A DNA stretch of 64,000 bases, taken from Octopus vulgaris. Lineage: Eukaryota. A program made the translations under genes and the position numbers. The notes below the pieces were generated by a model. The model ran no database searches and was not told the origin of the DNA. It worked only from the letters and a program-made list of their open reading frames with translations. This document shows, piece by piece, positions 40,085 through 54,170 of this stretch; position 1 is the stretch's first letter; every line of letters begins with the position of its first letter. The DNA lies in the NCBI GenBank assembly GCA_951406725.2, contig OX597822.1, positions 45,384,001 through 45,448,000 on the forward strand. Reading direction: 5' to 3'.

Positions 40085-41316
40085 CATATACATATACATA
40101 TACATATATATATATATATACACATATACATATAATCCGTACATTTATTGTGTATCTATGCATATAGACACACACACATGCCCATACGAATATATACATA
40201 CGTGACAAACACACATGTATATGCTTCATGTATAAATATTTATGTGTATATATGCATCTGTTTTAACACATGCTTCATTATGTATTTATGTTTATGTGTA
40301 TTTATTTATGTGTGTGTGTGTGTGTATGTGTGTGAATGTGTGTGTTTGTGTGTGTAATCTTCCACTAATTATAAGATAGCTATAGACCATGTGGTAATGT
40401 TAAACCGAAGAGAATGTTAAACCCTACACAAAAATTGACCCACCGTTCAGGTGCCAGACTGTAGTGTTAAGCAAGGCTGTGTTTTAGCTCGTTAGAAGCT
40501 AGAATTAAGCCGAGCTGTGTGTTAGTTTTACTGCACAAATGTAATCCCCCGTTGCCAGGATTCTGCTCACTGTCTGGAAATATTTGAAGATATTATACGA
40601 AATATTGCCAAGCAGCATTATATACTTTTGACTACATTTATCATAGAGACAGAAAGAGAACAAAAACAAACAGACGTGAGGCAGACCCGAAGTGGAGTGT
40701 GTATGCCATTGATGAAGTCGCGAATGGCGTCGAAATGGCTTTGATAAATTAAATTGATTGATTGATTGACCGAATGATTAATCAAACACTTGATGTATTA
40801 ATTGATTAAACAGTTAACTTATTGTCAGGTAAAGAAGTGAACTATAACCTGTGTGTGTAAATTCTTGGTATACTAACCCTCCCGAAGTAATTTGTTTCAC
40901 CTCACGAGTTTACATCAAGTATCTTGCAAAACAAATGCAAAAATGAAATATTGTGAGGCGTTGTTGTAGAATGCTAGCGAGTATATCAGCGGTACTGATA
41001 AATTTAAAATCGGGGAAATGGAGGGAAAATTCGGCTTCGGCGAGATATTGTAACAAAAAAAAAACATTTAAGGGTTACCGATCCAATAATATCAAATGTA
41101 AATATTTATGGTTAGGTATGTTTCCATCTCAATTTTGGAACACACTGCAGAAAATCTCATATTTGCAATAATATATAGTTTGTTTTATTTCATCAGAGAT
41201 GTTCTTCCCGGTACTGTTGCTAAACAGTCGACAGAATCGCCGACAAAGGCATCACGTTTGCACGATGGGACTAACACACCGCACGGTTCAATAACATCGC
41301 CAAAACCCTGGGTGAT

Positions 41317-41682
41317 TTTAGTGATCAAGTTAACATTTTAGCGATCAAGTTAACATATTTTAGTGGTCAAGTTAACATTTTAGTGGTGAAGTTAACATGT
41401 TCTAGTGATCAAGTTAACATGTTTTAGTGATCAAGTTAACATGTTCTAGTGATCAAGTTAACATTTTAGCGATCAAGTTAACATATTTTAGTGGTCAAGT
41501 TAACATTTTAGTGGTGAAGTTAACATGTTCTAGTGATCAAGTTAACATGTTTTAGTGATCAAGTTAACATGTTCTAGTGATCAAGTTAACATATTTTAGC
41601 GATCAAGTTAACATATTTTAGTGATCACGTTAACATGCTTTAGCGATCAAGTGAACATGTTTTAGTGATCAAGTTAACATAT
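41317..41682. repeat. 20-23-bp minisatellite TTTAGTGATCAAGTTAACATGT, 17 units with a 6-unit higher-order duplication
   Basis: The variant order (GCG, GGTC, GGTG, TCT, TTT, TCT) occurs twice in succession. Confidence 0.95.
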
Positions 41683-42029
41683 TATTCCTCTTTCATAACA
41701 CTGAAATGTCCTTATAGTTAGTTAAGTAGGCAATAGCCCTGCCTGGTTAAATACTTCTACCTGGACATTAGGTACCACATGGTGCTTGACTGACCTAATG
41801 CACTGTTTGGTTTAATGCTACCATATGGCACATGTAGACTGAATAATTTTGGAACTGGGCTTAACATACTGCCAGAGTTAACACCCCTACGTGATCTTTA
41901 GCGGTCTTTTGATGACTGGAAAAGTTGACGCAACACTAGGTTCAGGACCATCGCCCTTGTATTTAGAATTACTTGGACTTAGGTGGTCTCACGTTAGGTG
42001 AGGCAAGAGGTAGTCAAAGTTCTCCAGTA

Positions 42030-42420
42030 GGATCAGTCAGCAGCCACATTTAATGCGTCATTCCACTGAAGTTCACCATCCAAAGATCTCTGTCGATCAT
42101 CCCTCGGCAGTTTATCTCGGGTTATCCTCTGCACCATTGCCCTGGGTTCCACTTAAGGACTTTGTTAACGAGTCTGTTTATCGGGAATCTTACATGTCAC
42201 AGCCAACTCAGTCGGCGTTTGCATATAATGATGGACGCTAGGCGTTAATCTGCTCCACTTCTGACCTCCTTCTTGTTGATAAACTCGTTCCATTTGATGC
42301 TAATATTTTCTAGGCTTAGCTGCTGTCAAAAACGACCAATTTCTTTTCTTAGTTGGTTTTCCGGTGCCACGTTTCGAATTTAAGCGTTTACTCTATTGCA
42401 GGCGTTCTGACTGCATCACG
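42030..42420 (-). pseudogene. LINE (RTE-like) C-terminal fragment
   Basis: SIIICKRRLSWL*HVRFPINRLVNKVLKWNPG...IDRDLW. Confidence 0.65.
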
Positions 42421-42914
42421 GTTCCAAACCTATCAATGTATTTTTCCACCATAGAGTGGAACAGTACCACCACCCACCACCTATCACCACCAATTTCACC
42501 AGTTTTATAAAGTTTAAAAATCTCATGAGCACTGTCTCTTCTTCAGCTTGGTTTAATTTAAATGTCACGTGATGCATAATGTTGGATGCATAGAATTTGT
42601 TTACATTCTAGAATAGCTTACCACTACTTCGTCTCGGTATTCTTGGGAATAAAAGGAAGATGAAAACTGATACTGTGTTAAATAAAAATGAAACTAGCTG
42701 ATATGATCCTCATCGCAACCTGTTGAAAAGCGTCCTCGTTGAACCCAATTATCTAAATACAATTTGGTATGATTTCGCCTGGGTATTCCTTTTTAGATTC
42801 GATTTTTTTTTAATATTACAACAGCGGAAATACTTTAGCAATCAATATAAAGTGTGTCACGTGATTATGAGCTCCTTTTCGATATGGATGGGTGGATGAA
42901 TGGATCGACTGATT

Positions 42915-42997
<83 letters not shown>

Positions 42998-43081
42998 GTT
43001 GGTTTTAATTATAAAACAACTTAACTTTGAAATTAAGAATTTCTAACCACTAAGCAACGCGCCATCCCTACATACATTCTA

Positions 43082-44259
43082 TCAGGTCATCCCATAAGTT
43101 CTGTCCGAATTTTCAATAAAGATAACAAGTGATCAAATGTTATATTTAATTGAAATTTAATCATCAATGTACTTTCCCTGATTATCTATGACTTACTTCC
43201 AGCTATTTACAAGCTTTTTAATCCCATCAATGTAAAACTCTTTTGGTTTCAAAGCGAAGAACTCTGAAATGTTAGTTACGACCTCCTCCTGATTTGCGAA
43301 AAATTATGTCCCCCAGATGATTCCGTAAACTACGAAACAAATGTCCTGATGATACGTCATTCCTTTTCGATTCACTAAAGCGGGCTTTTTTCTTCAAAAC
43401 TTGGTTCAAATGCTCTAATTGTTGACAGTAGACTTGAGCATTGATTGTTGTATTAGGTGGTAACATTTCAAAATGAATTACTCCTTTGAAATCCCACCAG
43501 ATAGAGAGAAGAACCTTTTTCCTATGAAGTTCCTTTCTCGGTTGTGGTTGAGCTTTTTCCTTTTTACCAAGCCACTGTTTACGACGTTTAACATTTCAAT
43601 AAAAGATCCATTTTTCGTCACCAGTCACAAGTCTATCAATGATGGGTGAAATGAGTTCGCGAGAATGGAGAGAAGAGCAGATGGCAACTCGGGATTTGCG
43701 GTTGCTTTCGAACAATTCATGAGGCACCTATTTTCCAAGTCTAGCAACCTTTCCAAAATGTTAAAGATGACGATGACCAGTTGTATGGTTTAAACTAAGC
43801 TTTATTGCCAATTCTTCAACTGATAATGCAGGATTTTCTTTAAGTAATGCCTCAAGGAGCTTATCATCAAACTCAACTGGACGTCCTGTTCGATCTTCAC
43901 CTTCAAGGCTGAAATCTTCACTTCTAAATTTTGCACACCATCTTCTGCAAGTTCTTTCATTCAAGCATTCTTTCCCATAAACTGAGTGTATGTTTCGAGT
44001 CGTTTCGGCTGCAGAGTTTCCTTTTTTGTACTCATAAAGCATTATGTGCCTTAAATGCTCTTTGGGTATATCCATGTTAGAAAGGGTTTTAATCAAAGAA
44101 ATTTTAATTCAATTATTCTGTAAAATAATATTTAATTAGTTTAAATGTACACAAATGCATAAAAATAATTTTTAATTCCATTAGACATTCTAAAATACTA
44201 TTAAATTTCATTCAATTTTAAAAGAGGCAAAATCGGACAGACCTTATGGGATGACCTCA
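43082..44259 (-). mobile_element. mariner transposon, internally deleted
   Basis: TIRs TCAGGTCATCCCATAAGTTCTGTCCGA and TCGGACAGACCTTATGGGATGACCTCA; TA on the left side. Confidence 0.92.
43158..44075 (-). pseudogene. mariner transposase with stops and a deletion of the HDNA region
   Basis: MDIPKEHLRHIMLYEYKKGNSAAE..., VPHEL, LVTGDEKWIFY, KVLLSIWWD, TINAQVYCQQL, HLFRSLRNHL, FYIDGIKKLVNSW. Confidence 0.92.
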
Positions 44260-44349
44260 TGTGTGTGTGTGTGTGTGTGAGTGTGTGTGTGTGTACATAT
44301 GCATATATGGGTACTGGGCGTCACCAACGGTAAGTAACAGCAAATACGA

Positions 44350-44680
44350 AAACAAATGAGGGGTACAAGTCTGGGCGAAAAGTCACCACACTGGCGAACG
44401 CACAACCACCAAGGGTTGTTTTATGGAAGACCAACAGTCGCTCATGCATACCAACCTCTCCTCTCCACGCCACTATGTTATCCAAGGGAAAGGCATAGAG
44501 ACCGATACAGCTTAGTACCAGTGATGACATTGCAACTCATTTCTACAGCTGAGTAAACTGGAGCAACGTGAAAATTATGTGTCTTGCTCAAGAACACAAC
44601 ACGCAGCCCGGTCCGGAAATCGAAATTACAACTTCACGATCGTAAGTTCGATGCTCTAACCACTGAGCCATGCGCCTTCA
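44350..44680 (-). mobile_element. SINE, head D with tail Z
   Basis: Reverse complement head GAAGGCGCATGGCTCAGTGGTTAGAGCATCGAACTTACGATC; homologous to 47877-48215. Confidence 0.85.
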
Positions 44681-44686
44681 CTATGA

Positions 44687-44727
<41 letters not shown>

Positions 44728-45526
44728 GGTATGTTTTATATATATATATAAAGGAAACTATTGCTAATGTCATGCACACGTAGACACACAATAAATCACA
44801 AGAACACGAAATCTCCGGCACACATCTACAAATTTGCTTCACACACACGCACACACATATATACATACACACATTTACGCATGCACACATGCTTACTTAA
44901 ACCGGCACACATACACGCACACACACACGCCGACACGCACACACACACACACACAAACTCAGATTCTCAGGAACTGTTATACAGACTTACCCAAAACTTC
45001 ACACACAAGAACAGATATATACACACACTCAAATACATACACACATCTCACACATGCACACATACGCCCACTCACACACACACACATGCTGACACATACA
45101 CACAATGTTCACATATTCACATACGCGCGCACGCTCACACATGCGCACACACACACCCACACATGCAGAAACTCACACCTAAACAGAAACTGACATCTAC
45201 ACATACACACATGTTCATAACTACACATACACTCACACATACACACACGCACACATACACACACACGTACCCATATACACACCCTCACAAACCCACAAAA
45301 ATGCAACCACGCTTATTCAGATTTCCTACACGCTGATGCTCATACATACACACACACACAGACACACACACACGCACGCATGTATATATACACACGCACA
45401 CATACATACACACGCACCAACACACAGACACAGTTTTAGTTAAAATGGCGACATTGAAGTGAGGTGTTAATAGCATACGAGCTTTAGTGATAACGTGCCC
45501 CGGTAAAATGGCAGTCAGTCGTAACA

Positions 45527-45621
<95 letters not shown>

Positions 45622-45860
45622 TGTGCGTGTGTGCGTGCGTGTGTCTATGTGTGTGTGTCGTAACATACACTTCTGAAGGAAGTAAGGTGTGGAGGTTAAA
45701 AGTCACCTGACGTGTGACATCACACAATCGAGTGATGGCGATATTGGGAGAAAATTAATATTCACAGTCGATGTGACAAACGACATAGATTTCCAGGTGA
45801 CTGGGTACACCCATATTTGCGCAGATGTGCCTTTCGATGTGCGCGTGTGTACGTGTATGC

Positions 45861-45907
<47 letters not shown>

Positions 45908-46272
45908 TTCGTAATATGTTTATGCGTGTTTTGTGTATGTATATATGTACGTGTTTGTGAGTCTTTATGCACAAACACAGGTATATGATATATATATATA
46001 TATATGTGTGTATGTGTGTGTGTGTGTGACTGTATATGCGTGAGTGTGTGTGTGTGTGCGGACGTCTATGCACCTATGTGCGTATCCATCGGTGTGTTTG
46101 CGAAGGCAGTAACAAGAATGTTATTCTTAAGTATTTTATAGCCTCAACTACATACGTGAGAATACATACATACACACAAATATATATATATATATATACC
46201 CATATATACGCATATATATATATATACATACACACGTATATATATGTGTGTATATGCGCTGATATATACCAA

Positions 46273-46354
<82 letters not shown>

Positions 46355-46578
46355 AATAGATACATATACAGATGTAAAATATCATTTATATATATATATA
46401 TATATATACACATATATATATAAATGTATATGCATATATATACACATACATATATAAATAAATGTATATATGCATGTATGCAATATATATATGTATATGT
46501 ATACATATATATCAACGTACGTAAGTCTATATATAAATAAATATATATATAGATACATACATACATACATTCATATAC

Positions 46579-46610
<32 letters not shown>

Positions 46611-47156
46611 CTGTATGTATATATATATATATATATCTGTATATGTACGTATTGTATTGCATGTATATATGAATGTATATGTATATGTGTGTGTGTGTGT
46701 ATGTACGTATTGTATGTATGTAGGTGTGTGTGTATTTATGTGCGCATGTGTTGCAGTTTGTAAGTTGTTAAAGTGCTATGTATGCGCATGAATGTTCATA
46801 CTAGTGGTTATGTAAGTGAATGCGATCGTACGTGTATATGCGCATGCGTACTTTCTATGTAACAGTGTGTGTGCGTTTGCTTGTTTTTCTTGTGTAAGTA
46901 TGTATGCATGTATTTCTGTGTGTGGGTGTGCGTATTTGTGTGATTGTGTGCGGTGTATTTACGTACGTCGAAGCCGAGTCCCTGGATGTAACAGGAAAGA
47001 GACGTCACTCAAAGCTAATTGAATAGAGCGAGATAACTAGATGGCCTTTGAAAAGAAGAGACAACAGAATCAGTTTGATGTGTGGATAGATAAACGTATT
47101 GATTGATCAATATAAGTGTGTGTGTGTATAGGTGTGTGATTGTGCGTATGTGTATG

Positions 47157-47192
<36 letters not shown>

Positions 47193-47360
47193 TGTATGTA
47201 TGTATGTATGTATGTATGTATGTATATATGTATATATATATATATGTATATATATATGTATATATATATATTTATATATATATATATGAGAGAGAGGGAA
47301 AGAGAGAGGGGAGAGAGCCGGTTGGATTGCTGCATATATGTGAGTACGTATGTGTATGTT

Positions 47361-47395
<35 letters not shown>

Positions 47396-47835
47396 AAAAA
47401 TGCAAAACGAAAGAGGTTATTGTTCTCTATATTACATAAAATCATAGTAATATTTAAGCATATATTTGTATATACATATATATACATATAAACGTACATG
47501 TGTGATATATATATATATACATACATACATACAAATATACACACATATACGCATACATGTGTATATACGTGTATACACATACATTGCTTAAGTTCAGAAT
47601 GGATACCACAAGGCATTTCATTAAACGCCCCGATTTCTTGGCAATTTTATTCCCGATGTGCATATAGTTTACCGTTACACACATACACACGCACTCATAC
47701 GGACAAACACCCCACCCGACCACTCACAAATATGTGTGTGTGTGCGTGTGTGTATAGATACATAGATATACACATATGTATGCATGCATATATATATGAA
47801 TATGTGTATATATAAATATATATATATATATACAC

Positions 47836-47876
<41 letters not shown>

Positions 47877-47879
<3 letters not shown>

Positions 47880-48215
47880 GAGACTCCATTCGGTCATGAC
47901 TAACAATGGGATTGCGCCTAGGAAGTTACCCTCCCAGGCACAAGTCCGGGCAAGGTTGTTTATGAGAGACCAGCAGTTGCTCATGCATACCGGCGCCCCC
48001 TCTCCACGCCACCAGTGTTACCCAAGGGAAAGGCAACGGCCGATACAGCTTGGCATCTGTGACGTCGTAACTCATTTCTACAGCTGAGTGAAATGGAGCA
48101 ATGTGAAATATAGTACCTTGCTTAAGAACACAACGCATTGCTCGGTCCGGGATCCGAACTCACAACCTCACGATCGTAAGCTCGACACTCTAACCACTGA
48201 ACCATGCGCATTCAC
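47877..48215 (-). mobile_element. SINE, head D with tail Z
   Basis: Reverse complement head GCGCATGGTTCAGTGGTTAGAGTGTCGAGCTTACGATCG...GTGAGTTCGGATCCC. Confidence 0.85.
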
Positions 48216-48216
48216 A

Positions 48217-48250
<34 letters not shown>

Positions 48251-48469
48251 ATGTATGAGAGAGAGTGAGAAAGAGACAGAGAGAGTGTGCGGGGTATATG
48301 TATGAGTGAGTAAGTGAGTGATTGCGGGAGGGAGGGAGGGAGGGATGGAGTGAGTGAGTGAAACAACATGAAAGAAAGGGTATTCACAACTAGCAGCTCT
48401 GGAATCATCTACTATCACCTAAAACTTTCTAAAGGTGAAAGGCTAAAACCACCCAGACTCACACAGCAG

Positions 48470-48880
48470 CAACAATTACAACTTCAGAACCTCTCCATCC
48501 TACTCTCTAAAATGAAACTGTCTCATAAATAATGTTGTCTATAGTGCAGCTGTAACTTCGAACACTACTCCTCTTACTACATCAACATATATAGGATCAA
48601 CATTAAGCCAATTCAAAATGCGATACAAGTAACATGCACATACTTTCCGTAACCCAAAAACTGAAGTGGCACTCCACTATCCAAACTTATATAGACAGTA
48701 AAATCAGAGAACGACCCATTTAGAATCAATTGGAAAATATTGTCAAACGAACAACCATACGAAAGAAAACAACAAACCCTGCCAAATTTGTGCTAATGAA
48801 TCCTACCACATTCCCATATTTAGGAATCAGATATTTAACCGAAACTCTACATTAGTCTTTTCTTGCATACATAAAACCTT
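48470..48880 (+). pseudogene. Penelope-like GIY-YIG endonuclease remnant (second family)
   Basis: NCLINNVVYSAAVTS...TYIGSTLSQFKMRYK*HAHTFRNP...LSKLI...INWKIL...PCQICANESYHI. Confidence 0.75.
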
Positions 48881-49208
48881 CAAAATGCTAAGATATTTCA
48901 AACCATTAGTACTTTCTATCTCCTTTACTTCTTATTCCCCACCACACCATCACCATAAACAATCTTCATAATGTATATGAGCACTAATATCATGGCTTTC
49001 CACTAGTAAGTCCAATGTGCATACGCATAATTCTGTGTGGGGGGGTGCGTGCGTGTGTGATTATATTCTGTACAACAGAATATATTTACAGGCTTTAATC
49101 AGCAGATATATACACAGATATATATACACTTCGTCTGTATATACAATATCTTATGAATCGTAAAGAAAATTATCAACCGAACAGCCAGACAGACAGGCAG
49201 ATAGATAT

Positions 49209-49298
<90 letters not shown>

Positions 49299-49560
49299 GG
49301 ATGGATGGATGGATGGATGGATACATACATACATACATACATACATACATACATACATACATACATACATACATACATACATACATAGACTGAGACACAG
49401 AGAAATAAATAGATTTCGGGAGAAGCATAAATGTCACAACATCTTATTTTCGAGCAATCTTGTTTCTTATTTCAAAACAGACCAAATGGCGCAATCTTAC
49501 TTTAAATAAGCACATGCCTAGACCGCTTTGTTGGATCTCACTTTCTTTTTCTATCTTTTA

Positions 49561-49564
<4 letters not shown>

Positions 49565-49631
<67 letters not shown>

Positions 49632-49930
49632 CTCTCACTCTTTCTACCTCTCTACCCCTCTCTCTGATCTTTCACTCTTTCTCACTCTCTGCTTCTCTCT
49701 CTCATCTTTCACTCTTTCTCACACTCTACCCCTCTCTCTGATCTTTCACTCTTTCTCACTCTCTGCTTCTCTCTCTCTCATCTTTCACTCTTTCTCACAC
49801 TCTACCCCTCTCTCTGATCTTTCACTCTTTCTTCCTCTCTACCTCTCTCTCTTATCCTTCACTATTTCTCATTCTCTGTCTTTCGTTCTTTCGCACTTTC
49901 TCTCTGTCTTTCTCCCGCTCTCTCTCCCTC
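49565..49930. repeat. (CT)n plus a CT-rich minisatellite of about 75 bp
   Basis: CTCTACCCCTCTCTCTGATCTTTCACTCTTTC recurs three times. Confidence 0.85.
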
Positions 49931-50495
49931 CTTGCCTCTGTGCATATGTACATGTGTCTATATATGTATGTATCTAAGTATCTGTCTGTGCTGTCCTGTC
50001 TCTATGAGTTCATGATTATCTCTGTGTGTGTATGTATGTGGAGGGGTTGTGTTTCTGCGTGTGTCTGTATGCTTTTGTATGTATGTATATATATGTGGGG
50101 GAGGCGGGGCTTGTGTGTGTTTTTTATGTTTGTGTGTGCGTGCGGATATGTGTGGGCGTGTATGTGTGCGTTTCTCTATGTGTATGTGTATGTGTTTGTG
50201 TGTGTGAGTGTGTGTGTTCCGCTATGTACGCCATTCCATATCACGTGGTCCCTGTATCACTGGCGGACATTTTCTACTAATTAATCATATATCTTCCATT
50301 GGACAAATTCTGTGAGCAAGAATTAGAAGCTGCGGTATTAACAACAACAGCAGCAGCAGGAGCAGGCGCAGCAGCAGCTGCAGTAAGAACAACAACAACA
50401 ACAACAACAACAGCAACAGCTGCTCTAGTAACAACAAAAACAACATCGATAACTAATGTAACAGCAACGACAACAACAATAGCTGCAACAGCAGG

Positions 50496-50526
<31 letters not shown>

Positions 50527-50879
50527 GTTTTAACCAGTACAACGCTAACTGCAATAGCAGCGTCAACAACAACAACAGCAAGAACAACAACACAAACAGC
50601 AAAAAACAAAACTGCTCAAATCAAAACAATATGAAAAACATCAAAAACTGAGCCGACATCATCGACAACCACAACAGTAACAGCAACAACAAACAGAAAG
50701 GAAGAAAGAAAAACAAGAACAACAATGACGATAACAAGCACGGCAACAACAACAAAAAATGTAACAGGGATAAGACATTTTTTTTCTATCGTATTTCAAG
50801 CTTTTTTCACTTTTTCTTTCTGTTTGGTTAATTTTTGTCCTTTTTCTATTTCATCTGATATCAACATCGCCATCATCAC

Positions 50880-50912
<33 letters not shown>

Positions 50913-50981
50913 TATCTTCATCAACAACTCCGTCGTCATCATCGCCGCCATTCTCATCATCATCATCGTCGTCGTCGTCAC

Positions 50982-51019
<38 letters not shown>

Positions 51020-51046
51020 CCAACACCGTCGTCATCATCGCCTTTC

Positions 51047-51077
<31 letters not shown>

Positions 51078-52240
51078 AATCATCATCATCATAATCATCA
51101 TCATCGTCATCATCACCATCATCACCGTCATCATCGCCGTCATCATCATCGCCATCATCATTATCGCCATCATGATCATCACCGTCATCATCATCGCCAT
51201 CACCATCATCGCCGTCGTCATCATCATCATCATTACCACACCCACCAGTCATTATCATCGTCGTCATCAACTCTACCATCATCATCGTTATCACCATCAT
51301 CACCATCATCGTTACCATACCAACCACTATCATCATCACTAACATCGTCATTATAAACACTACCAATCATCATCACCATCATCATCATAATTACCACCAC
51401 CGTCATCATCGTCGTCGTCGTCATCATCATCAACCACTTCTATTGCCATTAGACTACTCTCACTGCTACAACCACCACAGCTGTAAGCACCACCACCACA
51501 ACTAGTAGATCTACTACCACTAACAACACCAGTACTACCACCAGCATCACCACCATCATTAGTGTCACACGTCTACCACCACCACCTACACTACAACCAC
51601 TACTACCCAAACTACCACTACCACAACCACCACTACCACAACCACCATCACCACAACCACTACCTACACTACAACTACTACTAACAACACTACCATAATA
51701 ACTACCACAACCATCTCTACCCCTACAACAACCACCACCACCACTACCACCACCTAAACTACAACCACTACTAATAACAACACCATAACAACTACCACAA
51801 CTACTTCTACCACAACCACTACAACCAATATCTCTACTACGACTATCACCCCACTACCACTAGCAATCTCACCACAACCACCACCACCCGCCACAACCAC
51901 CTCTATCCCTACTACTAATATCACCACCACCAACAACAACAACAACAACCCAACTACCACCGCCGTCCCCATTAATGAATCATAATTGACCGAAAAAGTA
52001 AATCATTCAACCTGAAAACTTTGTTGGAATAAAAGTTCCATATTTTGGTTGAGAAGTTCCAAGATTTCACTTCAAAGTCTTACTGTCTCTTGTTCAAGAG
52101 TGTGTGCGTGTATGTATATGTGTGTGTGTGTATGTGTGTGTGTGTGTGTGTGTATGTATATATATATATATATGTCAGTGTGTGTCACTTCCGAATATAT
52201 ATATATATATATATATATTCAGAAGTGACACACACACGCA

Positions 52241-52327
<87 letters not shown>

Positions 52328-52446
52328 TTATATATATACACGCCTCTGTGTGTATGTATGTGTACATATTAAATATGCAGATGTGCATCTATGTTTATAC
52401 ATACAAACACACACCCACACATAAACACACACACACATATATGTAG

Positions 52447-52617
52447 AGACGCAGGAGTAGTTGTGTGATAAGTAGCTTGCTTGCAAACCACATGGTTCTG
52501 GGTTCAGTCCCACTGCATGGCACCTTGGGCAAGTGTCTTCTACTATAGCCTCGGTTCCACCAAAGCCTTGTGAGTGGATTTGGTATTTGGAAACTGAAAG
52601 AAGCCCGTCGTATATAA

Positions 52618-52651
<34 letters not shown>

Positions 52652-52880
52652 ACGCGTGTATGTTTGTATGTCTGTGTTCGTCCCCCAACCACCATCGCTT
52701 GACAACCGATGCTGGTGTGTTTACATCCCTGTAAATTAGCTGTTCGGCAAAAGAAACCGATAAAATAAGCAGTAGGCTTACAAAGAATAAGTCATAGGTT
52801 CGATTTGTTCGACTAAAAGTGGTGCTCCAGCATGGCTGCAGCCAAATGGCTGAAACAAGTAAAAGAATAAAAGAATAAAA
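52447..52880 (+). mobile_element. SINE family A, full length
   Basis: Complete head and tail. Confidence 0.9.
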
Positions 52881-52935
52881 TAGTAAAAGAATATATATGT
52901 ATGTGTGTATGTAGGTTTATGACTGGTTGTAGATA

Positions 52936-52966
<31 letters not shown>

Positions 52967-53005
52967 TGTGTGCGTATGTGTGTGTGTGATTTAAACGTAC
53001 AGATG

Positions 53006-53126
<121 letters not shown>

Positions 53127-53166
53127 GTATGTATACATACATACCTACATACATACATACATACAT

Positions 53167-53329
53167 GGGCGCAGGTGTGGCTGTGTGGTAAAAAGGCTGC
53201 TTCCCAACCACATAGTTCCGGGTTCAGTCCCACTGCGTGGCATCTTGGGCAAGTATCTTCTACGATAGCTTCGGGCAGGTCAAATCCTTGTGAGTGGATT
53301 TGGTAGACGGAAACTGAAAGATGCCCGTC

Positions 53330-53377
<48 letters not shown>

Positions 53378-54170
53378 GAGTAAAACGCCCCCCATCCAAC
53401 ATTTAAACCAAATTTTCTCAAAGCAACTTGTCTGACCGTCCGACCATCCCATAGGCTTCCCCTTTGAGAAACACTGATTTAACCTAAATTTGAGACACCA
53501 GCAAAAAAAGAAATAAAGATAGACTTTTTTTCTAATCCAAAGAAAAACGATTTTATTCACACAAATATGCAACCGAAGAGTTTAAAGTACCAGTAATGAT
53601 AAGGTTGTTGACTGGGAGAACACAAACATGGTTTAAACAGTAAGCTTGGCAGGAAAGAAACGTGCCTTTAAGCAGTACAAAAACAACAAAAATGGAAAGT
53701 GCAGTTATGTACAGGTTAACGGAAGAAAAGCAGGACAAAAATGGCTTTATCGATCGCATTCTCACCTGGAATCGATTCTTGTAAGCTTTTCAAGACTTAT
53801 ACACGCCCTGATACCATCGATATCTACATATCAAATTTGAACGCAATCGGATGGAGGATGCCCGAGATCCTAGAACACACACACAGACAGACAGAACGGA
53901 TTTTATATAATAGATAAGTGTGCGTGTGTGTCTGTGTGTGTGTGCCGAGAGAAAGATGTCGGTGTTTGTTCCCCACCGCCGCTTGACAACCGGTGCCAGT
54001 GTCTTGACGTCCTAATAATTTAGCTGTTCGGCAAGAGAGACCGATTGCATAATTGCTAGGCTTAAAAAAAATTACGCACTGGGATCGATTCTTTCCACTA
54101 AAAATCCTTCAAGGGAGTGCACCAGCTTGGCCGCAGAAAAATAGCTGAAACAAATACAAAATAAAAGATA
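53167..54170 (+). mobile_element. SINE family A interrupted by a Helitron-like insert
   Basis: Head at 53167-53335; the tail resumes at about 53960-54170. Confidence 0.8.
53377..53914 (-). mobile_element. Non-autonomous Helitron-like element
   Basis: The minus strand begins TCTATTATATAAAATCCGTTCTGTCTGTCTG; the 3' end is degenerate (CTCG instead of CTAG); sits at an A/T junction within (TA)n. Confidence 0.6.

Noticed and set aside
41317-41682. CRISPR-like appearance of the array
   Set aside because: The units are contiguous with no unique spacers, there are no cas genes, and the context is eukaryotic.
45704-45802. Imperfect long hairpin bounded by AGTCACCTG/CAGGTGACT
   Set aside because: Pairing is patchy and cannot be distinguished from chance without a folding calculation.
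50299-50634. Mucin-like Thr/Ala ORF (also 60553-60837)
   Set aside because: (ACA/GCA/ACC)n low-complexity sequence with no signal peptide, domain or splice support.
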